A stretch of DNA of 64,000 bases from Eledone cirrhosa (Eukaryota), in contig OZ024742.1 in the NCBI GenBank assembly GCA_964016885.1, forward strand, positions 205,716,001 through 205,780,000, written 5' to 3'. Below the pieces are notes generated by a model. It had not been told where the DNA came from and searched no databases. It saw only the letters and a program-made list of their open reading frames with translations. The first letter of the stretch is position 1. The number at the start of each line of letters is the position of its first letter. Position numbers and translations under genes: made by a program. Of the stretch, positions 1-12,215 are shown one piece after another.

Positions 1-270
1 ATGGAAAATCCAGCAGGTCTCATGCTTTATTGTTTTTGAGGCAGCAGAGCTTAACCTATATAAGATCGATATTGCTGCCTTTTCAGAGACACAATTGACA
101 GGTGAAGGCCAACTAATTGAAATGACATATGGTTATAACTTTTTTTGCATTGGCAAACCAGCATAAAAAAAATGAGAGCGTAGTGTTGGATTTATGATCA
201 GAAAGAGCCTAGCTGCTAAAATAGATGAATTACCATCCAATGTGGGTGACTGAATTGTGAAACTCTGGTG
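1..270 (+). mobile_element. Degenerate RTE-clade LINE fragment, apurinic endonuclease (APE) N-terminal region
   Basis: Manual translation gives ELNLYKIDIAAFSETQLTGEGQLIEMTYGYNFFCIGKP followed by stops, then SVGFMIRKSL..LP. This resembles the RTE/BovB-type APE motif (IDIAALSETR..GEGQL..GYTFF..GVGFAI). Confidence 0.7.
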
Positions 271-1779
271 GCATTATATAACTTTCTCCTCTGTTTGTGC
301 ATTAACTTTTTGTTCAACAGAAGAATCCTTCTCTCTTTTCTATGAGTCTCAGAAATGACATTCTTTCTCCCCAAACTGGTGACAAAATTATTCTGTCTTG
401 TGATTTTAATGTAAGTTGTGATTGCAATACATTGTCTAGCTTAGAACTCTTTGGTAAAATAATAGGTAACACTTCTCTGTTCATTATAGTACATAAGTGG
501 GACATCTCTTGTCATTTGGGGCTCTATGGTGGACAGATCACACACTACCAGTTATGTGATAGCAAACAATGAGATTTAATTTCAGCTTTGCTTGTACAAG
601 GTAAACTGTTTGATCTGAATTGTTTTAAACTAAATTGGAGACCAGTATAGCTTTAGTTCATGATTTGTATATGTTAATGATTGTGAACTTGTGGCTCACT
701 CAGAACAAGATATTCAGTGTTTCTACTGCTTTTTGACTTATAATATGCTTGAATAAAGCTAGGATGGTGCTATATTTGCTTCAGGTGGGCCGTATGTCGA
801 ACCTAATATACTTGTCCAACGGAGCAGACATGTAGTGGATTCATTTGTTTTACACCAGCTACTCTGTCCCCAGGAAGGATCCATAGATTCTGAGATGCAG
901 CTTCAGGATTGAGAAGACTTCAATTGTGTTTGAGAGATGAGTCTGCTAAGACAGAGACTTAAAACTTTCCACTAATCTTTGCATCTATGATGCTTGTATT
1001 GTCATATCCTCTAAGATATGAATGCAATATCAACATTAAAATTCCCAAAAGATTCCACTAGAAGTATTCAAGGTTTTTATTAAACATCAGGCTTCCGATG
1101 AAATTACCTTATGGTGTAATGATTCTCAGTAAGTGTCCCCAGTACAAACCAATAAAGAGATTTCATGATGTCACAAAAGATAACTTTAAGTATTTGAATA
1201 TTAACACTATTTATAATTTTGCAGTGAATGACAGCCTGTAACTAGGAGAAACAGCCTGCATCATGATAAAAATTGAATTACCCATCAAATAGTGAAACGT
1301 AGTGTCTCAAAACTACAAACTGTAGGAATGCCATATGATAGGGTATTCTAAAGTGATCTTATTTGCACTGACTGCTTTGATCACACTTTCAAATGCCAGT
1401 TGTGTCACCTATGAGGAGAACTTGCATGTCAGGAAACTAACACAGGATGCTTATATGTATGGAGTTCCACCCAAATGCTGCTCTTGTTTGTTCAAATTTA
1501 TGCATATCTATTGCTGGGTTAAAAATCCATTTTGGAGAGATGTTAAAATACAAACAATAAAAAAGTGGTTATGCTCAAAATCTGGTGGGCACCATTTGTG
1601 TGTGATATACTTATATGTATGTACATATGTTGCAAGCATTTAAGTGAGGTCTCTGGTCTGAGTATAATTTCCTCCCTCCTTCCCACCACTTTTGGCAACC
1701 ATAAAAAATGTCATGAGCACTGCTTTTCCTCCTTTGATTCAGCTGTAAAAAAGAAAACATACATACACGTTTTCTACTT

Positions 1780-1990
1780 TAACCTCAGCTGGACCAATGT
1801 CTTATGAAGGAAATGGGCGATAGAAACTGTGTGTGTGTGTGTGTGTTCATGTTTGTTTGTGTCTTCACTTTGTGTTTACCTTAGTAAAAAACAAGTATGG
1901 AAATAGTGTTGGGGTGAAAGCATCCAACCATAGAATTCTGCCTTAAAAAGATTCTCATTCAACCAATGCCAGCACATAAAAGCAGCAATC
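1780..1990 (+). mobile_element. Degenerate cephalopod-type SINE remnant with internal (TG)n and RTE-like 3' part
   Basis: gaccaatgtcttatgaaggaaat..gatagaaact(gt)n..ggcatccaaccatagaa resembles the aggaagggcatccaactgtagaaa segment at 35933-35956. Family assignment is from recall. Confidence 0.4.
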
Positions 1991-2281
1991 ATTTTGTGCG
2001 TGCACCCCCCCCCCCCCCCCACACACAAACTTTGATGATCATTTGTTCCCAAAATGACCCAAAACCCTCACATACCAGAAACTGATCCTTCCAATGTGTA
2101 GAAAACTCAGAACCACATCATCAAAAGTACTGCTCACCAAGATGATACTGTGATTTGTTGCTAGTTGGTGTTGGAAATAGTTGAATAGATAACAGAAATA
2201 TAATGGATGAGAACCCTAATGTTGATATACATCCCAACCTCCATCACACCCATCATTTTTATGATTATTTTGCCATGCTTA

Positions 2282-3310
2282 CATCATCATCATCATCATC
2301 ATCATTGTTTAACCTGCCCTTTCTTCACTAGCAAAGGTCTACATAGACCAAGTTAGTACTGAAACAGGACTACTGACTTTCCAGACAAGCCAGGATGGGG
2401 TGGGGGGTCTGCATCTCACTTATGCACGGTCTTATGTTCTATTGAGTGCACAGGAGAGGCTGTCATATCTCTGAAACAACTGAAGGGTTCTCCCAACTCT
2501 TTGTTTAGCAGGCTTTCTACAGCTGGATGCCCTTCCTATCACCAACCACTTTACGGCATTTACTGGGTGTATTTATTGTGTAGATCAGCACTATGGAGGC
2601 TGTCATGTCCTTGACATGACTGAAGAGTCCTTCCAATCCTTTCTTTGGTAAGCTTTCTATTGATAAATGCCTTTCCTATAACCAACTAATTTCAGTGTGT
2701 GAAATCTGAAGCATCTTCAGTCCCAACTCTTTGTTTGGCAGGCTTTCTACAGCTGGATGCCCTTCCTATCACCAACCACTTTACTGCATTTATTGTGTAG
2801 ATCAGCACTATGGAGGCTGTCATGTCCTTGACATGACTGAAGAGTCCTTCCAATACTTTCTTTGGCAAGCTTTCTATTGATAAATGCCTTTCCTATAACC
2901 AACTATTTTCAGTGTGTGAAATCTGAAGCATCTTCAGATTTCCACTATTTCATCCCAAGACTTCCTTGGTTTACCTCTCTTGTTGATTCTACTCACTTTC
3001 AATGTTTAGCATTTTTTTATACAACTGACATCACATCTTTCTTGCACGTTATATCTGATTACTCTTATATATGGCTTTTGTCTCAGTTCATTTATGCACA
3101 CTGACATTACACATCAAGCATAGCATCTTTATACAAAAGTATCATACAATGTCTGTCACTCAAAATGAGAATCCCTTTGTTACGAACACAGGTAATAGCT
3201 TTCTAAATCTTTTATACTCTTTGCTAATTCTAGTTACTATGCTTTCAGATCACCCTCCTTGATTGATAATTTAGCCTACTGGGTAATGAAAGCTCTCAAA
3301 TATTTCTATG
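2282..3310 (-). mobile_element. Degenerate 3' fragment of RTE LINE with (GAT)n tail and internal tandem duplication
   Basis: (CAT)n at 2282-2304 is a minus-strand (GAT)n tail. The 3' UTR shares gctggatgcccttccta with 28711-29057 and 35375-36077. Minus translation near 2945-3100 gives INELRQK..IR..ER..SCIKKC..RGKPRKSWDE, homologous to the 35324-35680 ORF end. Confidence 0.7.
2492..2938. repeat. Tandem direct duplication (~220 bp unit, 2492-2720 and 2722-2938)
   Basis: Both units begin cccaactctttgttt and end gtgtgaaatctgaagcatcttcag, with few differences. Confidence 0.9.
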
Positions 3311-3523
3311 GAGTCCTTTAAGCATTTCAAAGAATGTATTTTTGGATGCTCTTATTGTTAATTACTATTGCACATCTGCTACATACAGAGTCCTTATACA
3401 CACACATGTACCCCACCTACCACAAACACAAGACCAAGAAATTTTTTTTTTATTTACACTAAATTTGTGTATAATTAGTTATCCAATATATTTTTGATGT
3501 TTTCTTTCTCTCTTTTTCTTCAG

Positions 3524-3658
3524 TTAAACTAGAAGGCAATTTTTCTGATGAACTACCACCTTCTACGACACATTCATCAACTGTAGCACCGGGGAAAGGA
3601 GCTTCTGGTGTGACCTTTCATGTTCCAACCGATCCGACACTTGAAGCAGATGACGAAA
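3524..3658 (+). CDS. DDR: Internal coding exon (phase 1-1), extracellular stalk of DDR-like receptor tyrosine kinase
   Basis: Polypyrimidine tract plus cag acceptor (3521-3523) and gtaagt donor (3659-3664). The 135 nt are open: KLEGNFSDELPPSTTHSSTVAPGKGASGVTFHVPTDPTLEADDE. It joins the 5587 exon in frame (A+AT=Asn). GNFS/T-E followed by a Ser/Thr/Pro stalk is typical just after the discoidin-like domain of invertebrate DDRs (recall, not searched). Confidence 0.8.
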
Positions 3659-4519
3659 GTAAGTAAAAAATATATTATCCTCTATTTTTTTTAATTTAAT
3701 TTTAAAATTAAAGCCTACAATAAACATTATTATGATAATGAATAATATCTGTATGTAAAGATGACTTTAATTGAATGAAAAGTAGATAATATAATTGTAA
3801 TTTATTTTTTTCACTTTTAATGTAAACTGATTTTATTTTTCCATTCATTTCGATGTTCATGCATGCTAGGATATAGCTTCTGGAGATGGGGGTAGATCAG
3901 AATAACTTTGAATGCAATGTATCGGTAAAAAGTGATAACTTTATTATATGACTTGCAGAGTTAAATAAGTTTCCAATAATTTTTACAACTATTTCTAATG
4001 GTTACCTTGAATCATATAATATAAAATGTAACATGAAAAAATCTGAAAACCATGGAAGCTGCTAGCATACTGTGAGAGTGACATTGTCTTTATTTTCTTC
4101 ACTCTCAAAGGGAAATTTCACTGCCCATACAATTAAAACTTATCAGACTCTGCTACTAAAATTCATACAGTAATTCCTTTGGTTTCATCTCAAATATTCT
4201 TATTGAAAATCTTTAATATAGTTATCGTGAACTCCACTGGAATTGAAATAAAAATGATCTAAGATATTGTTTGTTTTTTTAAATATTATGTAGGTTAGGA
4301 TATATTTAAAAGAGATGACGATCTTGCTATTCTTTTTTCATGTGTGTGTGTGTGTGTATTTGCAATCTTCTGATATTGATAATACAAGTATCAGTTCAGT
4401 ACTAGGGTTGATTCTTTCAACTATACTTCATCAGTCAAACATTTTTGGAAATCAGCATTCTGAGAGCCGATAATTATGTTAATAGTGAGTCCTATAACCA
4501 ATTATTAGAGCTGTATTGA

Positions 4520-4600
4520 TGCAGGTTTGGATGTGTGGTTAAGAAGTTTGATTTACAATGACTTGATTCTGTGTTCCACCCTATTGTGTGGAGGTTTGTT
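4520..4600 (+). mobile_element. Degenerate tRNA-derived SINE head
   Basis: gcaggtttggatgtgtggttaagaagtttg...gtgttccaccc has A-box/B-box-like spacing, as in octopus tRNA-derived SINE heads. Strongly decayed. Confidence 0.3.
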
Positions 4601-5586
4601 GAATAAACAGTACCTTGTTTAGGTGCATAATTTAATCTCATTAAGTTTAACACTACCACCTGGCCCTTGACTGCTTTTAATGAAGTCGTCAGCAAGCATT
4701 CAGCCAGGTCTCCAATTTGAAGATAACTTTTCTTGCTTTCTTCATCCCTTTCCCTTACAAGTAACAGAAGCTCTGTAAAAGGTTTTGAACATTGCTGTTT
4801 CTCCTCTAAGTCATAAAAAAAAGAAGTGTTTACAGTGTTTAGTTTTCGTACTGAATTTATTTTTGTTTTTCTTGTTATTATTATTATTTCATCATTGTAA
4901 TAAAGAAAGCATTATTATTTCATCATTGTATTTGAGTTGATTCCTTTAATAAGTCAGGATAAAATAAAAGATTTATTTATTTGTCCAAGTAATGTATTAT
5001 AGGCAACAACAAAGATGTTTGTAAGTATATGTAAACTTGTTTTTTATTCTCATTTTAATACACACAAACACATGTATGTATATATATATATGCATATATA
5101 AATGTGTGTATATATATATATGCATATGTGTGTATGTTTACACACACACAACTGTATAAAACTGATTAGAGTTTTTGAAGAGAATTTAACAATTTGCAGT
5201 TAACAAATTATGATCACGTCATTTTGTTCTCTATATCTTTGAAAAAAGTTCTCAATCTAAACATTCATATTGTTACCCCTTACCCCAACTTTCGAGGAAT
5301 GTAATTTAACGTTTGATTTGCGTCATTTAGGAAATGTCTGTCTACTATGTTCAAGAGTCTAATTTTCGGATCTCTTTCACTGGATTAGATCTGTCTGAGT
5401 ATTATCATAATAGACCTTGTTCCAATCATCCCTTCTTGACCAGTTGAATCAAGCAAAGAGGCTTTAGTTTGGGACTTTTTCTTAAAAGACCAAATCTTTT
5501 TTTTTTTTTTAATGAATTGTTTTTATTATTTTTAAAGTCTTTTACTTATATATATTTTTTTCTTGTGCATGTTTTTTTCCTTCCAG

Positions 5587-6018
5587 ATCTCATTTCTCAT
5601 AATGATCATCAACTTAAAACTCCAAAGGCCATGGACGATAGCTATGTTGGAATTATAATTGGTGCTCTCGCTGCCCTCATAATTATTCTGTTCATTGTGG
5701 CTGTAATAATTGTGGTGCGGCATCGGCGATCCAAACATAACAACAACCGGCCTTGTCAGAAACCAGTCGTCCTTGGCGATAGGCATGTGACTATAAACCT
5801 TAGCGACCTCAGAGGTGGTTGCACCAATGGTAAGCTTTCCCATGGTAACATGTACAACAGTGTAGCAACAGATGATATGGACTCTGATCGAGAAATGTGT
5901 GCTGGCAGTGCAGATAAGCTGTGTTCGAAAGGAAGTGGCAGCGGAAATTACCTGGAACCTAAAGATAGCATTCAGGGGAGGAAACTACCTGATTTGCCTC
6001 CCACCCCTGATTCTTCAG
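5587..6018 (+). CDS. DDR: Coding exon: transmembrane helix and cytoplasmic juxtamembrane region of DDR-like receptor tyrosine kinase
   Basis: Acceptor tttttttccttccag (ends 5586). Translation LISHNDHQLKTPKAMDDSYVGIIIGALAALIIILFIVAVIIVV-RHRRSK has a single TM helix plus basic stop-transfer, then Tyr motifs (MYNSV, NYLEP) and RKLPDLPP. Probable phase-1 GC donor CAG|GCAAGT at 6018/6019. Type I membrane protein exon is near certain; DDR identity is by resemblance. Confidence 0.8.
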
Positions 6019-7031
6019 GCAAGTATTTGGAAACCTCCTCCACTCCTACTTCCTGCTACTTATTTTGGGGTCTCTTAAGATTATGTAGGTATAAAATATT
6101 TTACTATTAAAAGCATCAGGGAACAAATAATCAATAAAGATTTCCAGTTTTTCAAATAAAAGCAAGCAAAAATTGAATTTAAAGAAGAGCTAATAGATAA
6201 TTATTAGAAAAGGAAAGTTAAGGGTCTTATTTGGCAAAGGCCATTAAGATATTAGTTTTCATTGCTAAAATAGTAAATTTCAGAATTTTCCTTTAGGGAT
6301 TAATCTAAACCAACTAAATTTAGATAAATACTTATGTTCTTAGGAACCTCTATGAAATCTAGATTGATGTTTAGTTTATTTTGTTGAAATACTAAAATTA
6401 TTTTAAAGAAGTTATTTAAGTTAAAAGCTTATCCCTGCTCTAATTTGATAGTTTCCATTGCATCAAATCTATTTAGAACCCTACTGTGTGGTTTCTAACA
6501 AGGATTTCATTATTCTGCAATACTGCATCAATTGGTTTTCATTTTGCCCTGATTTCATAGAGACAAGCCAAGGATTTAGATATTTTAAATGCACACATCA
6601 CAATACAATTCACATGCACAATACTGCATACACAGCATTCAATGTCAGCTTCAAATGATAGATAATATTTATACATTTCAGAAAGTTTTCTCATAAAATA
6701 CCCATATTTTTAATTAGATTTACTAAATTAGATACTAATCCTATTGAAATGTGTATACAAAATTTATTTCCTAATCTCTAAACCTTGTTATTTTCTCAGT
6801 GTAGAGCTTAATTGAAACAAAAACAAAAACATTAAAATTGTGATTAGATGTGTCAGCAGGATATTAGTGATATTTCATTTATTTATTGACTTTTGTAGAC
6901 CAGTAGATGATCAATCTTATATAAGATACTAGAGATAATTCTCCACTAAGATGAAACTGGTTAGTCACTGTAAGGAATTGCACCTTACTTCTCTTAATAA
7001 TATTTATATATATAGTTAAACGATGATGATG

Positions 7032-7064
<33 letters not shown>

Positions 7065-9362
7065 TACATATGTGTTTTAAAATGCTAAGTTCTTTTGTTT
7101 GTGACTATAATGTATCTTTAATTAGTAAATTTTGCTTTAATTTAAACAAAGTATTAGAGAGCTTACCTCACACAAATTCCCAGACAGTTCTCAAGTCATC
7201 ATTACAAGAAAGATAGAAAAGCTTACAGAAAAAAACTAGTATTTTAGCTGGAAAGTTACTTGATATAAAGTAAAAAAATAAAAAAAATAATACAAGTGGT
7301 TGGAAACTTTTGCTGTACAATCCATAAAACCATTAATGTATCTATTTAATGTTTTCATTTTAATATTGTACAGCAACAATATTTATGGGCAAGTTTTTGC
7401 TGATCAATATTTTTTATATTCTTATTATGAACTACTTTATTGTTTCTGATATACATACTAGACAGTTAGTTTTCCACTAACTCTATCTACTCAGTCACCT
7501 ATACTTTCATTGATGTATCTATACAAAAAAACAAATAGATTAGTTCTGAACTGTTCGTTATTACTAGCAACAAAGACATTTGTCACAACCCAGATATTGT
7601 TATAGAAGTTTTGCAGATGATACTTTGTGTCATAAGTATGTTCTTATACAAAAAAGAATAATATCTTAATTACAGATTTTCTTTCAAATGTTTTCATCTA
7701 CTCTGTGTAGTGCTCCAAACTTGTATTATTTTTATCGTTGTTCAATCCTTTTTAGCATTTTTATGAATTTCTTAAGTATGTAATTAAAATGTTATTTAAT
7801 TTAAGGGCAATACTTCAAATTCAGACTTTCCTTTAATTTGAATTGCTTTCTCTAGTTTAAAAAGGAACCCCTATCAGTTTCTATTTTGTTTTACTGCCTC
7901 TCTTCAGTTTATTGCAATGCACCAAATGTCATGCTGCAGTTAAAATGAGATGCTGATTCATACACACACATTAGTTCTTGGATTATGTAAGAGTGAAATA
8001 TTAATGTTTCAGGTAGTAGTGATGGTGTTTGTTACACTTATTATTGCTGACTGAAACATTACCTTCATCAGTGTGTAATATCAGAGATGCTCTCAGGTTA
8101 AACATGCTGTGGTGACTGAACCCATGAACACTTTGTTTTCATAGTATTACATTAATGGAAGAAAACATTTTAAAGGCCAGGAAATGCAGACATAAATAAT
8201 AAAGTTATTTATTACTCATTGGGGATGTGAAATATAATGAGCAATTTTGTTGACCTTTTTCAAAACACATACTGCATGAAGGGCCTGATAAATTAGTTGC
8301 TATTAGAAACAAATTAGCAATTTTAAAAAATCACTTTTTGCTATTTCTGGATATTTAAAATAAAATGTAATATAATGAAATTGAAATTGTTACTTTTATA
8401 GAATGTTTGTCTGTAGAATAGTTAAATTACTGGGAAATCATTGAAAAAAGATTATTTAGGTCCTCTTTTTAATGAATAACAGTAAGCCTTGAAACCTAAT
8501 TCATTTAAAATACATTATTAAAGGCTCAAGTGATAATATTAAAGCATATATTTAGTTGATTTAAAATTTGAGAAATTAATATTAATCAAATAGAAAATAA
8601 TTATAAGAATAATATTATCTAGTCATAATATCAAAATAATAAAAGACATATATGAAATAAGCAAGGAACTATAATATATTTTCTACACATAATACATACC
8701 ATCTTTTCCTCTCACTCTATATATATCATGTAAACTGATGTAGGTTTCATGTTAGATCTGTATTATACTGTTAGTCATCATACATTCTAGAGAAATAACG
8801 ACTGCACTAAGCCTCATTACTATTCAGTAAATCTACTTTTCCCCCCCTTTCAGATAAAAACATATTTACAACTACAGTTGTCACAATTTTTTTCTTCCAC
8901 TTCATTATCATTATTTTTATCATCATAACATTTAGTTTTTGCTAATACAGATAGAAAATCATAAAGGTCAATATTTTAAAAGTCATATAGTGTGTAAAAT
9001 ATTTTAATGATTTTAAAATCATATAATCACTTCAAAATATTTAATAAGACATTTAATGTGTAAAAGTAGGAATTGCATTCAACTTTATCTTAATAATCAA
9101 TCATGAAATATCACATCAATACTACATCACACACTTCTAGTAATTGTAATATTCATCTTTTGATGTGTATATTATTTTATAGTGGGACTTTCTATCTAAA
9201 AATATTTTTTTTAAATTGAAAACAAATTTCTAAAAAAAATTAAAATCTCACTTTCATCACTTTTCCCTTTCTGTTTAATTTTTTTTTATACATGTTGTCA
9301 GTTATGTGGATCATCTGTTGCCTGTCAATATGTCTCTGTCAACCTGCCTGTTGTTGTTGTTC

Positions 9363-9402
<40 letters not shown>

Positions 9403-10167
9403 ATTTTGTCTGTGATCTCTTTGCTCATTGTTTTTATGTTAGACTCATCTTAGCATTCAATTCATTATTGTATGTGTCTGCTTGTTCTTCAATGTTATAT
9501 GTCTGTGCCATTGTGTTAGAAGACATGTTTGTTGTCAAATTCAATTTCATTTGTTATCAGTCTGCCCAACCTTGCATTCTTCTGTTCTTTCACCCCTAGC
9601 TAAGATATTTAGTTATGAATATTTTACCGTTTCTCCTATTTCTATTGTCGCATTCTGATTTTATTTTGGTGACATATTGTTACTATCATATAGCTTAAAC
9701 GGTGCAAATTGTAAACATTAAATATACATTTTAAAAATGTATTTTATGTTTATACATCAAGTTTTCATGTTTGTCTTCAATATTAGTTCCTCATTTTTCA
9801 TGATATTATTTGTTTAAAAGGACATTTTTTCACCCATTAGATGTATCTATATCATGCTTGTTTTGAAATGATCAAAATCCATCTTTAAAAGTTCTAAGAT
9901 AAATATAGTCTTTTCTAAGTTAGATATATGGTTTGTTAATTTTCAAGAAATCTTCAGTCCAAGGTGATAGATTTTTATTTCCCTTTATGATTTATGAATG
10001 TCTTAAAATGTTTTTTGATTAGTTAGAAAATATTTTTGAATATTGTTTTTTTTAATGATCATTTTAAACTAAATTTGATTTTTGGTAATTAGCAAAATTG
10101 AATAGAAAAATTGGCCTTCAGCAACAAATATTAGGTTGATCTATTTTCATCTTAATGATCTGGTTAA

Positions 10168-10386
10168 TCCTTTAGCATTTACATTACTCTATATAAACTA
10201 TTGTATTTTCATGGTAAAGGCTTTATCTTACATAATTATCTCACATACTATTGAATCTGAGATTTTGATATTATTTATTTTGAGAACAATACCCTAACGT
10301 AGGTATGAGTAGATGGTTACAGCCGGTTTGAACAGGAAGATGTGAGGGAATTCTGGCCAGATACAGCCGGTTTAGATGCTAAAGGG
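10168..10386. mobile_element. piggyBac-type MITE with TTAA target duplication
   Basis: TTAA(10164-10167)-tcctttagcattta...tagatgctaaaggg-TTAA(10387-10390): terminal inverted repeats flanked by TTAA, no ORF. Confidence 0.85.
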
Positions 10387-11234
10387 TTAATCTTATCTGT
10401 CGTTCATTTGGGCCTTTCATTTCTATAGTAAAGGCATTATAAAATTGCATCAAGATTTTGAAGATATATTCTAGACCTGTTCTCTTAATTTTGGAAATAT
10501 ATTCTTTTATTCATATAACAGTATTTACCTGATTAGGGAAGAACTTATGGCTTTTATTTCTTTCACGATTGCTATTTGATGCCAACAGTGAAACCATATA
10601 TCTTAGAATTGGTTGGATTATGAAAGACAAACAATAATGTTCACAAATTAAAAAGTGATATTCACAAGTTTGTTATAGAGATAAGGTAGAGATTGCCTTA
10701 TAAAATGCTAAAATTGCAGTCTACCTTTTAGATTGTTAATTTTATAAAGTCAATAGATATTAATATAATAGAATCTTCTAAAGCTAAAGTAGTAATCAGT
10801 ATCTAATCTGACTGTAATTCCAGTTCAAATCATGATCAACATCCACTCTCATCCTTCTGGAGTTAATAATGTCAGTAACAGTGATAACTGTCTGATGACT
10901 TACAAGAGTAACTCCTGAGTAATAGGCCACTGACTAGACTTTAATAACTACTCACACACACTCTCTTTCTCTCTCACACACACACACTCTCTTTCTCTCA
11001 CACACACACACATATGCAAAAGCTGACTTTCCCGACCTGACCAAGGAAAATATGCGCCATTGGTTTTTCCATTGTTGATGTTATTTGTTGGTTACAATTC
11101 CCAGCAGAGGCATTACTGCATTTCCAGTGTCATGAGGTGGGATTCAAATTCAGAATTTTTATAGCTGAATCAGATATCATAAGGCATTTCAGCTGATGCG
11201 TTAATAATTCTGTGAATCCAATGCACATCGACAT

Positions 11235-11330
11235 ACTTTATTTAGCAATCCCAAAAGGATGAAAGGCAAAGTTGACTTTCATGAAATTTTAAAACAGTGC
11301 ACCGAGTTGGAATAAATGTTACAAAGCATT
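11235..11330 (-). mobile_element. Degenerate SINE (same family as 11749-11885)
   Basis: aaggatgaaaggcaaagttgac is the reverse complement of the ctttgcctttcatcctt core. Confidence 0.55.
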
Positions 11331-11748
11331 CTTTGTGACACTCAAGCGACTCTTCCAAATTATTATCATCATTATCATCATCATCAATTTATCTCTATTT
11401 TTCCATGTTTGCATATGTATGCATGTGAAATCATGATTATAAGAAGCAGAAATTATATTCTTTATCCCTTCACACTGAAAATGGACAGCAGTAGACTAAA
11501 TAAAGTCAGTGAAACATAAGAAAAGTTATCTTTATTATGCAACATATTAGATAAACGAATGTAATAGAGCAGTGTATGAATTTGAATTTTTCTAATACTT
11601 GGTGACAATCTGATTTAGATTATAGCAAAATTGATTTTAATATATTATTCACTTGGAGGTAGTAAATAAGAATTTGTGTTTTGAATATTGAATTGCATCA
11701 ATATTTATTCCAAATATGCTTTTGGATCATATTATTAAATAAGCATAG

Positions 11749-11885
11749 AGTCGTGGCCCTTTACGGTCTGAGTTCAAATCCTGCCGAGGTTAGCTTTGTC
11801 TTTCATCCTTACGGGGTCGATAAAATAAAGTACCAGTAATGCACTGGGATAATTGTTGGCTTTGTGCCAAATGTAGAAACAATTA
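11749..11885 (+). mobile_element. tRNA-derived SINE with Nin/Deu-like central domain (abundant octopus SINE)
   Basis: B-box-like gagttcaaatcc, then gccgaggttagctttgtctttcatccttacggggtcgataaaataaagtaccagt. Related copies lie at 12040-12215, 42750-42895 and 62510-62690. Confidence 0.7.
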
Positions 11886-12039
11886 TTAAATAAGTGAATT
11901 TCCTTCAAAGATTTTAGATTTCAAGTCTTTATTTTAACTAATTATATTCATATATTTCACTATTCTAAGAAAATGCTCATATTTTTTTTTTAACAATTTT
12001 GTTATATCTGTACCTTAATTAATCATATTTATTCCTGAA

Positions 12040-12215
12040 TGGTAAGAGAATTGGACAAAATGCATTATTTATTTCAATTCTTTGTTCTGAGTTTAAATCC
12101 TGCCAAGGGTAACTTTGCCTTTCGTCCTTTCAAGATCAATAAAATATAATGCCAGTTTAATTGACTTTTACCTCCCCTCAAATCTGCTAGCCTTGTTCCT
12201 ATATTAAAAACTATT
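12040..12215 (+). mobile_element. SINE copy (same family)
   Basis: ctgagtttaaatcctgccaagggtaactttgcctttcgtcctttcaagatcaataaaatataatgccag matches the 11749 copy. Confidence 0.6.

Noticed and set aside
5469-5586. N-terminal part of the 213-aa ORF (MGLFLKRPNLFFFF...)
   Set aside because: This is intronic polypyrimidine/T-rich sequence upstream of the acceptor at 5586. The true exon starts at 5587.
9600-9697. Possible phase-1 terminal exon after cttttcacccctag (AKIFSYEYFTVLL...IA*)
   Set aside because: The acceptor is plausible, but the peptide looks like AT-rich noise and has no homology support.
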